Shown: positions 8,445-18,485 of the stretch, one piece after another
Layout of the letters: every line of letters starts with the position of its first letter
Numbering within the stretch: the first letter of the stretch is position 1
Assembly (NCBI RefSeq): GCF_001997385.1
Contig: NZ_CP019633.1
Coordinates: 1,650,001 to 1,682,000 of the forward strand
From: Sedimentisphaera cyanobacteriorum
GTDB lineage: Bacteria > Planctomycetota > Phycisphaerae > Sedimentisphaerales > Sedimentisphaeraceae
Reading direction: 5' to 3'
DNA length: 32,000 bases
Position numbers and translations under genes: made by a program
The notes under the pieces: model-generated
Told to the model about the DNA's origin: nothing
What the model saw: the letters and a program-made list of their open reading frames with translations, nothing else
Databases searched by the model: none

Positions 8445-9969
8445 ATTTGCCCAGAAGCGGGCTGTCCGAACGCACTTTATATCGAGGGTTAAGATCTGGG
8501 ATGCCCTTTTGAGAAGAAGGACTGAATGCGATCTTTACTAAGCTGTTCAAAGCAGTATCGGTTGAATTCTGCTCAGCTCCATTGAACCAGCGTACTTTAA
8601 GATCCACAGCTTTCTGCCTTTTGCCCAATCCGAAATGAAGCGTCTTCTCATTCTGATTGCCCTGCCCGGTTCCGATCTCAACCTGCCTTACTAAAGTTTT
8701 ATCCCCGGTTTCAATCAAAACCTGCGTTCCTGCTGCATCTCTTGGAATTTGCTCTCCATCGCCAGCCAACCCCACTTTCAGCCATGAATTTTTATTGCCC
8801 TGATTGATGAATACTTTGCGATTCGTTACCAAATCAAGAAAGCCGTCGTTGTTGAAATCCGCCCATGCCGCCTGATACGTTGGCCCCAAACCGGAAAGCC
8901 CTGCCTGTTTTGTAACATTTGTGAATTGCCAGCTGCCTTCGTTTTTGTAAAGAACAGGATGATCCTGTCGGCCGAAAGATGCGTTCTTGTATACAGTGGT
9001 GAAAAACAAATCCAGATCCCCGTCGTTATCGTAATCACCCGCCGCAGGAGATGCATAAGACTCCTGATAATGCAGGCCGCACTGCCCCATATTTTCGAAT
9101 CGGAAATCATTCTGCAAGCCATTATTCCTCAAAAAAACCGACTCGGGCTGCCTTCCCCTTGAATCCTTATGGGCGAAATTTCCTGCGAATATATCAAACA
9201 GCCCATCGTTATCAAAATCCGCCCACACTGCACCTATCGAATGCCCCCCGCTGATTTTTCTGCTCCCTGCCTCTGCTTTGTAAAATTTCGCCTTGTTCTC
9301 AAATTTACCGCTGCCCTTGTTAATCAGCAGCAGATTCGGCTGGAGCCTGTAATTTGACACATAAATATCAGCATCTGAATCTCGGTCGAAATCGCAGGCA
9401 GACGCCCCTCTGGCTCGATATTTCTTCTCAGTCCAAAGCTTCTTCCAGCCTTTGCCCTTCTGATTTACAACCAGCGCATCAGGATATGTGATCCCTTTCT
9501 TCCAGTTCTCATAGCCGGCAACATAAACATCCGTAAAACCGTCTGAATTGAAATCTGCGCAGCAGGCCGCAAGGCTTGAATCAATCTCAAGGTCAGGAAA
9601 TTCTGCTTCTTCAAATCCCTCTCCGCTCTGATTTATCAGCAGTTTATGCTTATTGTAAACGAACATATCCGGGAAGCTGTCGTTGTTGAAATCTGCAAAT
9701 ACCGCCCTGCCTCGGCTTTGAAAAACCTTTTCGAAATTTCTGCCTTCATTGTTTCGCCAAAGCTCGCCGCTGCTGCATATATCTGTCCAGCCGTCGCGGT
9801 TATAGTCTGCGCAGGCTGTTTGCCCCCTTCTAAGCTTCAGACCGAGCTGAGAAGTTTTGTTTTCAAACCTGACTTCTGCGAATAATGCAGAAACAGCAAA
9901 AATAATAATTACAGCATTAGTTTTCAATCTAATCTCTCTCTGAAAGCCAAGTAAGCTATACTCCCCCAT
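8443..9969 (-). CDS. Secreted FG-GAP/VCBS-repeat protein with ASPIC/UnbV-like C-terminal domain (CRTAC1-family-like)
   Basis: 508 aa with an N-terminal hydrophobic signal (AVIIIFAVSALFA). D-x-N/D-x-DG-x-x-D repeats recur (ADYNRDGWTDI, ADFNNDSFPDM, ADFNSDGFTDV, CDFDRDSDADI, ADFDNDGLFDI, GDYDNDGDLDL, ADFNNDGFLDL). The C-terminus has NSWLKVGL...GTGQGNQNEKTLHFGLG. Confidence 0.8.
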   Translation of the reverse strand: MGEYSLLGFQREIRLKTNAVIIIFAVSALFAEVRFENKTSQLGLKLRRGQTACADYNRDGWTDICSSGELWRNNEGRNFEKVFQSRGRAVFADFNNDSFPDMFVYNKHKLLINQSGEGFEEAEFPDLEIDSSLAACCADFNSDGFTDVYVAGYENWKKGITYPDALVVNQKGKGWKKLWTEKKYRARGASACDFDRDSDADIYVSNYRLQPNLLLINKGSGKFENKAKFYKAEAGSRKISGGHSIGAVWADFDNDGLFDIFAGNFAHKDSRGRQPESVFLRNNGLQNDFRFENMGQCGLHYQESYASPAAGDYDNDGDLDLFFTTVYKNASFGRQDHPVLYKNEGSWQFTNVTKQAGLSGLGPTYQAAWADFNNDGFLDLVTNRKVFINQGNKNSWLKVGLAGDGEQIPRDAAGTQVLIETGDKTLVRQVEIGTGQGNQNEKTLHFGLGKRQKAVDLKVRWFNGAEQNSTDTALNSLVKIAFSPSSQKGIPDLNPRYKVRSDSPLLGK

Positions 9970-10054
9970 TACTCTTTTCGGGCATTATTTTAATCCTTCA
10001 CAGCCAATAGAACATAAAAAAATTAATCTTTTCATAATTTTATTTAGAATTGGT

Positions 10055-10082
10055 TTGACTTAGCTTCTCAATTCTATAGAAT
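10055..10082 (+). promoter_or_regulatory. Candidate rRNA promoter (TTGACT-N16-TAGAAT) with AT-rich upstream tract
   Basis: -35 at 10055-10060 and -10 at 10077-10082. An A/T-rich UP-like tract lies upstream (10016-10050). The site is about 235 nt before the mature 16S 5' end and upstream of the boxA element. Confidence 0.4.
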
Positions 10083-10115
10083 TCCACGTTCCTTGTCAGC
10101 GAAGGCTGTCGAGGA

Positions 10116-10127
10116 GTTCTTTAACAA
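10116..10127 (+). promoter_or_regulatory. rrn leader boxA-like antitermination element
   Basis: GTTCTTTAACAA versus the E. coli rrn boxA core GCTCTTTAACAA (11 of 12). An imperfect hairpin precedes it (ccttgtcagc...gctgtcgagg, boxB-like position). Confidence 0.55.
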
Positions 10128-10317
10128 CTTAACAGGGTACAGACCAGAATCGTTAGGAGTGCTTTAATTTTTGCGGCTCGCACCGCATAATTAAGGCTTA
10201 AATAATAACACAGGTGTGTTATAAATCATACTCCTTGCGAGAAACTGGAGTGTGAAGCATCCGTAAAAAAGAAATCACACAAATCGCTTAAACAGTAGAT
10301 TTATGAGATAAGGATTT

Positions 10318-11861
<1,544 letters not shown>

Positions 11862-11959
11862 GATGAAAAACTAAGCAGTAAGGCAATTAGGCCAAAATTT
11901 TAGCTGCTTAGCCTTTTACGTCAGACTCCTTAACGATTCAGTGCCCTGATAAGAAATTT

Positions 11960-11993
11960 AAAGCTCGGTGAGTAATATCGCCGAGCTTTTTTT
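11960..11993 (+). terminator. Intrinsic terminator about 100 nt after the 16S 3' end
   Basis: 11-bp stem aaagctcggtg / cgccgagcttt with one G-U pair, 8-nt loop, then a T-run of seven (three of them within the 3' stem arm). Confidence 0.7.
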
Positions 11994-12244
11994 AATGCCC
12001 ACAGGCTTGGCCGCATTATAAACGCAGCTCGGAAAAAAAATCTCGCAGATTTATGCCGCATCAAAGTTTATTATCCACAGATGACACGGATCGCACAGAT
12101 AATTTTATGAATGTAAATCATTGCTATAAAATATCTTACAAAAATCTTCGTGTCCTTCGCTCCCTTCTTGGTTTAAAAACACTCTGTCAATCCTGTCTAA
12201 AAAATATTGCCCATCGCCGGCAACCTCCTGGAGCTATTATTTAC

Positions 12245-12272
12245 TTGACTGCTGCACCACTTTAAATATACT
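12245..12272 (+). promoter_or_regulatory. Candidate sigma-70 promoter for gap (TTGACT-N16-TATACT)
   Basis: -35 at 12245-12250 and -10 at 12267-12272, about 80 nt upstream of the gap ATG. Confidence 0.3.
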
Positions 12273-12351
12273 TGCCTGAGTTTGTAGTACGTTCATCAAA
12301 AGTGCGTATATACGTATATATTTAACGTTTAATATTATAGGAGATTGAACT

Positions 12352-13374
12352 ATGGCAACAAAGGTTGCGATCAATGGTTTCGGTCGAATCGGTAGAGCTG
12401 TAGCTCGTGTTATCCTCCAGAACAAAGGCCTCGGCCTTGATCTGGTAGCTATCAACGATCTTGCAGACCCAAAAGCTCTTGCTCACCTGTTCAAGTATGA
12501 CACAGTTATGGGCAAATGGGACGGGGAAGTATCCGTAAGCGGAGACGGTCTTGTTGTAAACGGCAAGGACATTAAGGTTACTGCTGTTAAGAGTCCTGCA
12601 GAGCTTCCTTGGAAAGAGATGGGCGTTGATATCGTTCTCGAGTCAACCGGTATCTTCCGTACAAAAGAAGGCCCGAAAGGCGGCTACGGCGATCACATCA
12701 AGGCGGGCGCTAAGAAAGTTGTTCTTTCTGTTCCGGCAAAGGATGAGATCGACGGCACAATCGTTCTGGGCGTAAACGACTCAGACCTGACAAAAGACAT
12801 CGACTGCGCATCAAACGCAAGCTGCACAACAAACTGCCTTGCTCCGGTAGCGAAGATTCTCAACGACAGCTTCGGCATCAAGAGAGGCCTTATGACAACT
12901 ATCCACGCATACACCAACGACCAGAACGTTGGCGATATGATCCACAAGGACCTCCGCAGGGCACGTGCTGCTGCTGACAACATCATCCCGACCACCACAG
13001 GAGCTGCTGCTGCAGTAGGGAAGGTTATTCCTGACCTTAACGGCAAGCTCAACGGCGGTGCTATGCGTGTTCCGGTAATTGACGGCTCATGCGTTGACCT
13101 CACAGCAGAGCTGGGCAAAGACGTTACTGCTGAAGACGTGAATGCTGCTGTTAAAGCGGCCGCTGAAGGCCCGATGAAGGGCATTATGTCTTACTGCGAG
13201 GACCCGATCGTATCAAGCGATATCGTTGGCGATCCGCACTCAAGCATCTTCGATGCACTCAGCACGATGGTTATCGACGGGAATATGGTTAAGGTAATCT
13301 CATGGTACGACAACGAATGGGGCTACTCAAACCGCGCAGCAGACCTTATGAGCAAAATGGCTGCTATGCTGTAA
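12352..13374 (+). CDS. gap: Type I glyceraldehyde-3-phosphate dehydrogenase
   Basis: 340 aa. It shows INGFGRIGR, the active-site motif [12 protein letters not shown], and [11 protein letters not shown]. The SD is taggag. Confidence 0.95.
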   Translation: MATKVAINGFGRIGRAVARVILQNKGLGLDLVAINDLADPKALAHLFKYDTVMGKWDGEVSVSGDGLVVNGKDIKVTAVKSPAELPWKEMGVDIVLESTGIFRTKEGPKGGYGDHIKAGAKKVVLSVPAKDEIDGTIVLGVNDSDLTKDIDCASNASCTTNCLAPVAKILNDSFGIKRGLMTTIHAYTNDQNVGDMIHKDLRRARAAADNIIPTTTGAAAAVGKVIPDLNGKLNGGAMRVPVIDGSCVDLTAELGKDVTAEDVNAAVKAAAEGPMKGIMSYCEDPIVSSDIVGDPHSSIFDALSTMVIDGNMVKVISWYDNEWGYSNRAADLMSKMAAML

Positions 13375-13408
13375 ATCAGGCTTAATGCTTGAATAACCAG
13401 AATACAGA

Positions 13409-13438
13409 AGCGGGCAGTTTTAAATTGCCCGCTTTTTT
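13409..13438 (+). terminator. Intrinsic terminator after gap
   Basis: 8-bp stem agcgggca / tgcccgct, 9-nt loop, then TTTTTT. Confidence 0.75.
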
Positions 13439-13654
13439 AATGCGCACGTTTTAAACAGGCTTTCAGCTGGGTAAAGACAACCAAACAAACCCAGCTTCAG
13501 CACCAAAACCATACCGCTCTATCACGACATACAACCCTTATTACGTGGTTAAAACGTGCTTTCATCAGCTCTAGTGAGAAGCTCCTGCAAGGCTGGTTCG
13601 GAAAAGATACAACAAAATTATCAAGCTGTAATCGGCATTAGAGGCAGATTAGAA

Positions 13655-13684
13655 AAATATTTGATAACGTCCCAAAGTTTGTGG
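13655..13684. repeat. IS left terminal inverted repeat
   Basis: See the mobile_element entry. The inner 20 nt (taacgtcccaaagtttgtgg) are a perfect inverted match to 15095-15114. Confidence 0.8.
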
Positions 13685-13697
13685 ATAAATTGCAAAA

Positions 13698-13759
13698 GGC
13701 TTGAGAAGTGATATAGTGTTATAGATAAGATAATACTTTTATCACAGGAGTCTCAAGCC
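13698..13759 (+). promoter_or_regulatory. Hairpin occluding the transposase RBS and start codon
   Basis: Outer stem ggcttgaga (13698-13706) / tctcaagcc (13751-13759). Inner stem gtgata (13708-13713) / tatcac (13740-13745). The SD caggag (13745-13750) sits between the 3' arms and the ATG at 13760 directly follows the stem. Confidence 0.45.
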
Positions 13760-15115
13760 ATGCAGAACATTATATCATTAGAACTGATAAGTGCCACATC
13801 AGAAAATGGATTTTCTTTAGATGAATTGGTTTTCAGGACCAAAGAGTTATTTGAAACTGAGGCTATGGCAGGTTTTGTAAGCCTGATTCTTCAGTTGATT
13901 GATGAGCGAATATGTATGAACATTGTTCAAGGTAAATCGGATAATACCGGCCAATCATGCTGCTGCAATGAGCGGTTTGAATATCATGACAGGTCTCTTC
14001 GCCAGTTCAGGACTTCTGTCGGCACAGTCAAGATTAGCTGGCGTCGCTTAAAGTGCGTTAAATGCGGCAAGACAATAACTCCTTTGAGAGATTTTTTAGG
14101 CCTTGCACCCTACCAGTCAAAGACATTGGAGTTGGAAAAGCTGGTTACAGAAATTGTAAGCGAACAAAGTTATCGCCGAAGCAGCACTCATCTTGAATCT
14201 ATCGGCAGCATACCTGTTCCAAAGAGCACTGCCCATCGCTGGGTTGTACAGACCGAGTGCGATCAGATTGATACCGGCACAGATACATTCAGTCTTCTTT
14301 TTGCTGACGGCACCGGCTTTAAGCGTCGGCCCGATAAGGACAAACGCATAAGTAATCGCGGTGAGCTCAGAGTTGCCTTAGGAGTCACCAGAAGTAGTTC
14401 TGTGGTGCCTTTAGGGGCATTCAGCGGTAAAAGCTGGGACGAGATATCCTCGCTGGTCAAGGGCGAACGTAAGAACAAAGAGCTTGTTGCCGATATGCTT
14501 GTAAGCGAGGGCGAAACAGGTCTGGTTAAGAGTCTGGCCAAACTTTGCAATGATAGCCAAAGAAGCCATTGGCACCTGGTTCGGGATCTGGATTATACGA
14601 TGTGGAAGGATGATGCCGGCAAACTTGAACGTAAGCAAAAGCAGAAAGAATTGAATGCCGTAATTGGTATTGAAATTCCCGAGGAAGATTTTGAAAAGGT
14701 CTGTGATGATGACAAGAAAGATTTGCAAGATGCTGTCAATAGTGCCGAAAGTGATCTTCATAAGCTGATAGGCAAACTGCTGGAGAAGGAATATAAAATA
14801 GCAGCCGATTACCTGAACCGTTCAGCTAAAAATATGTTCAGCTATGCTCGCCGCTGGCTGGAGACAGGTATTGTAACTCCGCGGGTTTCCAGCATGATAG
14901 AACGGATGATGCGAGAGCTTGGTCGACGCCTTAAACGCATCGCATTTGGCTGGAGCGAAGAAGGAGCGGCAAAGATGGCCAGAATTATCATTAAAAGATT
15001 TACTTCAGAAAATCAATGGGAAAAATACTGGCACGAAAAACTGAGGTTATTGGACAATGTAATGCTTGCTCTAAAGACTATAAAAGTACAGAACCCACAA
15101 ACTTTGGGACGTTAA
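13760..15115 (+). CDS. IS transposase (ISLre2/UPF0236-like; family assignment tentative)
   Basis: 451 aa bounded by the IS inverted repeats. It has an N-terminal CxxC motif (LKCVKCGK), LLFADGTGFKRR and QRSHWHLVRDL segments resembling the DDE and downstream H-containing motifs of ISLre2/UPF0236-type transposases, and a basic C-terminus. No alignment was run. Confidence 0.65.
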   Translation: MQNIISLELISATSENGFSLDELVFRTKELFETEAMAGFVSLILQLIDERICMNIVQGKSDNTGQSCCCNERFEYHDRSLRQFRTSVGTVKISWRRLKCVKCGKTITPLRDFLGLAPYQSKTLELEKLVTEIVSEQSYRRSSTHLESIGSIPVPKSTAHRWVVQTECDQIDTGTDTFSLLFADGTGFKRRPDKDKRISNRGELRVALGVTRSSSVVPLGAFSGKSWDEISSLVKGERKNKELVADMLVSEGETGLVKSLAKLCNDSQRSHWHLVRDLDYTMWKDDAGKLERKQKQKELNAVIGIEIPEEDFEKVCDDDKKDLQDAVNSAESDLHKLIGKLLEKEYKIAADYLNRSAKNMFSYARRWLETGIVTPRVSSMIERMMRELGRRLKRIAFGWSEEGAAKMARIIIKRFTSENQWEKYWHEKLRLLDNVMLALKTIKVQNPQTLGR

Positions 15116-15124
15116 TAAATATTT
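15095..15124. repeat. IS right terminal inverted repeat
   Basis: ccacaaactttgggacgttaataaatattt is the reverse complement of 13655-13684 with 2 mismatches. Confidence 0.8.
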
Positions 15125-15231
15125 GCGTTTCTAACCAACTGCTAACAATTAGCAAATTTCGGCCTAACAATCTGCAATTATAAACCTAATAATTTCCTAA
15201 TTCCATATTAATGTTAGAAAGGTTTAACGAA

Positions 15232-16443
15232 ATGCAGATTAAGACTAAGCTGATTGCAGCGGCCATTTGCGGTGTGATAGCGAGCGGTACTTTCGCTTCA
15301 GGCAGCGCAAGCGCAGAAGAGATCGAGATGCTCCGCGAGGAGATAGCAAGCCTCAAGTCCAGACTCAGCAAAATCGAAAGCGAACAGCAGCTCCAGCAGG
15401 AAAAGACTGCAGAGATCGAAGAGGGCTTCGGCTGGACGAAAGATATGCAGGTCAGCGGGGATTTTCGCTATCGCTATGAGAGCATTGATCAGGAAGGCGA
15501 AGATTCAAGACACCGCAACAGAATAAGGGCGAGAATCAGCCTGAAGGCGATAATTACCAATCAGATAAGCTATCATCTGCGTCTTGCAAGCGGCAATGAT
15601 GATCCCGTATCAGCGAATCAGTCTTTAGACGGCGGCTTTGCGAGCAAGGATTTCTGGCTGGACAGGGCATATATGAAATGGCGGCCTGCAGAAGGCTGGC
15701 AGCTTAATCTGGGTAAAACATCGAATCCGTTTTTCTGTCCGGGAGGCAGCCAGCTGCTCTGGGACAGCGATGTAAATCCCGAAGGTGCTGCGCTGCAATA
15801 CAGCGGCAAGCTCGGCGAGGCGAACATCTTCGCAAATGCCGGCGGGATGTGGGTTGAGGAAAACAGCAGCGATGTTGACCAAGACCTCTTCGGCCTTCAG
15901 GGCGGTATCGAAATGAAGCTTGGCGAAACAGAGGTTTTAGTTGGTGCCGGCTATTTCGACTACGGAAATGTGCAGGACTCGCGAACAATCTACGAAGTTA
16001 ATGAAAGCGGCGGAAACTCCACCTACTCAGACGCAGGCATCGAGAAATACATCTACGACTACAACCTCTTCGAAGCGTTTGGGGAGATTAGCCTGCCGAC
16101 AGAATTCCCGATAACCCTTTTCGGCGACTACGTTCTCAACACCGCCTCGGGCGTGCAGGAAGATACAGGCTGGCTTGCTGGAATCGAGCTGGGCAGCGCG
16201 AAGAAGAAAGGTGATATGGCCTTCTGCTACAACTACCGTGATGTTGAATCTGATTCAGCTATGAGCGCATTTACCGATTCAGACTTCCTCGGCGGCAGAT
16301 TAGGCGGCGACGGCCACAAAATACAGGCCAAATACGCCCTTAACAAAAATGTTTCGCTGGGTGCAGCATTTATTACAGGTGAAATTTCAGAGCCTCAGCT
16401 CAGCTACGACCGCTTCCAGCTGGATTTGAAGCTTAAATTCTGA
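15232..16443 (+). CDS. Outer-membrane porin-like beta-barrel protein with N-terminal coiled coil
   Basis: The track ORF starts at 15211, but the ATG at 15232 has an SD (gaaagg) and gives a classic signal peptide (MQIKTKLIAAAICGVIASGTFASGSASA). A coiled-coil heptad segment (EEIEMLREEIASLKSRLSKIESEQ) follows, then alternating beta-strand-like sequence ending in the OMP-typical C-terminal LKF. Confidence 0.65.
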   Translation: MQIKTKLIAAAICGVIASGTFASGSASAEEIEMLREEIASLKSRLSKIESEQQLQQEKTAEIEEGFGWTKDMQVSGDFRYRYESIDQEGEDSRHRNRIRARISLKAIITNQISYHLRLASGNDDPVSANQSLDGGFASKDFWLDRAYMKWRPAEGWQLNLGKTSNPFFCPGGSQLLWDSDVNPEGAALQYSGKLGEANIFANAGGMWVEENSSDVDQDLFGLQGGIEMKLGETEVLVGAGYFDYGNVQDSRTIYEVNESGGNSTYSDAGIEKYIYDYNLFEAFGEISLPTEFPITLFGDYVLNTASGVQEDTGWLAGIELGSAKKKGDMAFCYNYRDVESDSAMSAFTDSDFLGGRLGGDGHKIQAKYALNKNVSLGAAFITGEISEPQLSYDRFQLDLKLKF

Positions 16444-16497
16444 AAGATTTGACGCTCCGGCCGGCATCTGTTTTGTTCTCTAAAGCTTTCACACTGC

Positions 16498-16525
16498 TTG
16501 CATTAAATAAGAGCTGAAATATAAT
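16498..16525 (+). promoter_or_regulatory. Candidate sigma-70 promoter for the moxR operon (TTGCAT-N16-TATAAT)
   Basis: -35 at 16498-16503 and a perfect -10 at 16520-16525, about 50 nt upstream of the moxR ATG. Confidence 0.4.
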
Positions 16526-16573
16526 TCTGCCCGTGCTTTCAGCTCAAAAATTATTTCTAACGGAGATTTACAG

Positions 16574-17563
16574 ATGCCGGTTGATATTGACAGAATAAAT
16601 GCTCAAATTGAGGAAAAAAGCAGTATAATAGAGCCTCTTCTTTCAGAGGCCTCAAAAGCTGTTATCGGGCAGCGTTATATGCTTGAGAGGATGCTGATTG
16701 CGATCCTCTGCGACGGGCATATCCTGCTTGAAGGTGTGCCCGGGCTTGCGAAAACCACCGCTGTTACTGCACTTTCGCAGGCGATTAAGGCAGATTTCCG
16801 CAGGATTCAGTTCACTCCCGACCTGCTGCCTGCCGACCTCACGGGAACGCAGATCTACAGACAGTCTGACGGGGAGTTTTACACGAGAAAGGGACCGGTT
16901 TTCGCAAATATAATCCTTGCAGACGAGATCAACAGGGCTCCTGCCAAGGTGCAAAGCGCCCTTCTGGAGGCGATGCAGGAAAAGCAGGTTACTATTGGAG
17001 ATGAATCTTTCCAGCTACCTCAGCCGTTTCTGGTTCTTGCAACGCAGAATCCTATCGAGCAGGAAGGCACATATCCGCTGCCCGAGGCTCAGCTGGACAG
17101 ATTTATGCTTAAGATAAGCGTGGGATATCCAACAAAAGAAGAGGAGAGGCAGATCCTTGAGCTCAAAACAAATCCCAAGACAGCCGAGGCGATAAATTCG
17201 GTTATCTCGCCGGATTCTATATTTGAGCTTAGAGAGGTGATCTCGCAGATCTACATAGACCAGAAGGTGAAGGATTATATCGTTGAGGTTGTGCATACAA
17301 CCCGCCATCCATCGGTTATCAATGCAGACCTTGCCTCGCTTATCAATTTCGGTTCCTCCCCGAGAGCTACAATCGCCCTTGCACTCGCTGCAAGAGCTCA
17401 GGCATTCCTCAAGGGAAGAGGATACGTAACCCCGCAGGACGTGAAGACTATCGGAATGGATGTGCTCCGGCACAGGATTATCGTTAGCTATGAGGCCGAG
17501 GCGCAGGAGATCACCAGCGAGGATGTGGTGAAGATGATATTCGACAATGTGGAAGTGCCGTAG
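16574..17563 (+). CDS. MoxR-family AAA+ ATPase
   Basis: 329 aa. It has Walker A GVPGLAKT, Walker B ILADEINRAPAKVQSALLEAMQE, QVTIGDESFQLPQPFLVLATQNPIEQEGTYPLPEAQLDRF, and C-terminal GSSPRA. Confidence 0.92.
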   Translation: MPVDIDRINAQIEEKSSIIEPLLSEASKAVIGQRYMLERMLIAILCDGHILLEGVPGLAKTTAVTALSQAIKADFRRIQFTPDLLPADLTGTQIYRQSDGEFYTRKGPVFANIILADEINRAPAKVQSALLEAMQEKQVTIGDESFQLPQPFLVLATQNPIEQEGTYPLPEAQLDRFMLKISVGYPTKEEERQILELKTNPKTAEAINSVISPDSIFELREVISQIYIDQKVKDYIVEVVHTTRHPSVINADLASLINFGSSPRATIALALAARAQAFLKGRGYVTPQDVKTIGMDVLRHRIIVSYEAEAQEITSEDVVKMIFDNVEVP

Positions 17564-17597
17564 CGAGCACGCAGATGGCTTTTGAGCGGTTTTAGGT

Positions 17598-18485
17598 ATG
17601 TTAGATAAAGACCTCACAGCAAAGATAAAGCGAATTCAGTTTTACACCTCCCACCTTGTCAGTGCGAGCTTCGCCGGCGAATATGAGAGCGTTTTCAAGG
17701 GGCGGGGGATTCAGTTTGAAGACGTGCGTGAATACGTTCCGGGCGATGACGTGCGTGATATAGACTGGAACGTAACTGCCCGAGAGTCCAAGCCTTATGT
17801 GAAGCGGTTTGTGGAGGAGCGTGAGAACACGGTTATCCTCGCTGTGGACGTGAGCGCATCGGGCGAGTTCGGCACAAAAGACCGCCGGAAAAATGAGCTT
17901 TCAGCAGAGATCTCAGCTGTGCTTGCCTTCGCTGCCACCAGAAACAACGATAAGGTGGGGCTTTTGATGTTCTCAGACAAAATCGAGCTTTTTGTCCCGC
18001 CGAGGAAAGGCAGGAAGCACGTTCTCAGGATAATACGAGAAATCCTGAGCTTTTCAGGCCAAGGAGTGGGAACGGATATTTCCTCGGCTTTGGACTATTT
18101 AGGAAAGATTGCCAAAAAACGCTCTACAGTTTTCCTTATATCAGACTTCCCTCTGCCCTCAGCGAAAGACAGCTACATCAGACCGCTGAGCCTGCTTAGA
18201 AGAAGGCATGATGTTGTGGGTATATGCGTTCAGGACAGGATGGAAAAGAGGCTCCCCGCAGCGGGGCTTATAGACCTGAAAGACCTCGAAACAGGCGAGA
18301 CAATCACCGTTGACTGTTCGGATAAGGGACTTCGCAGAAGGTTCGAAGAAATGTCCCGCAGGTGGAAGGAAGAGCTTCAGACAGAGCTTAGAGGGGCAAA
18401 AATCGACTTTATAGACGTGGAAACGGGCGAGCCTTATATCAATGATTTTATTAAGTTCTTTCATATGCGGAGAAAACGCAGATGA
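17598..18485 (+). CDS. DUF58 domain protein (MoxR-associated, VWA-like fold)
   Basis: 295 aa. The typical DUF58 string FAGEYESVFKGRGIQFEDVREYVPGDDVRDIDWNVTAR is present. The stop overlaps the next start (ATGA). Confidence 0.88.
   Translation: MLDKDLTAKIKRIQFYTSHLVSASFAGEYESVFKGRGIQFEDVREYVPGDDVRDIDWNVTARESKPYVKRFVEERENTVILAVDVSASGEFGTKDRRKNELSAEISAVLAFAATRNNDKVGLLMFSDKIELFVPPRKGRKHVLRIIREILSFSGQGVGTDISSALDYLGKIAKKRSTVFLISDFPLPSAKDSYIRPLSLLRRRHDVVGICVQDRMEKRLPAAGLIDLKDLETGETITVDCSDKGLRRRFEEMSRRWKEELQTELRGAKIDFIDVETGEPYINDFIKFFHMRRKRR

Larger units (their letters stand above)
13655..15124. mobile_element. Complete insertion sequence (~1.47 kb) with a single transposase ORF and 30-bp terminal inverted repeats
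   Basis: Left end aaatatttgataacgtcccaaagtttgtgg (13655-13684) matches the reverse complement of the right end (15095-15124) at 28 of 30 positions. One ORF fills the interior and its stop lies inside the right IR. A further ttagaaa/tttctaa match (13649-13655, which overlaps the first base of the left IR, versus 15128-15134) after a small (3-4 nt) indel on the right side may extend the ends. Confidence 0.75.

Noticed and set aside
13641-15142. Target-site duplication flanking the IS
   Set aside because: The flanks at the core boundaries (gattagaa / gcgtttct) and at the extended boundaries (gaggcaga / ccaactgc) do not match. No TSD can be claimed from this single copy.
15140-15154. Palindrome TGCTAA-caa-TTAGCA next to the IS right end and upstream of the porin gene, sharing GCTAAC with the repeats at 29361-29405
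   Set aside because: It is short, lies in AT-rich sequence, and the shared hexamer could easily recur by chance. There is no supporting spacing or second site.
16511-16555. Hairpin gagctgaaa...tttcagctc after the porin gene as a possible terminator
   Set aside because: It is followed by an A-run rather than a T-run, and its 5' arm lies inside the spacer of the much better supported moxR promoter. More likely it is part of the moxR 5' leader or a coincidence.
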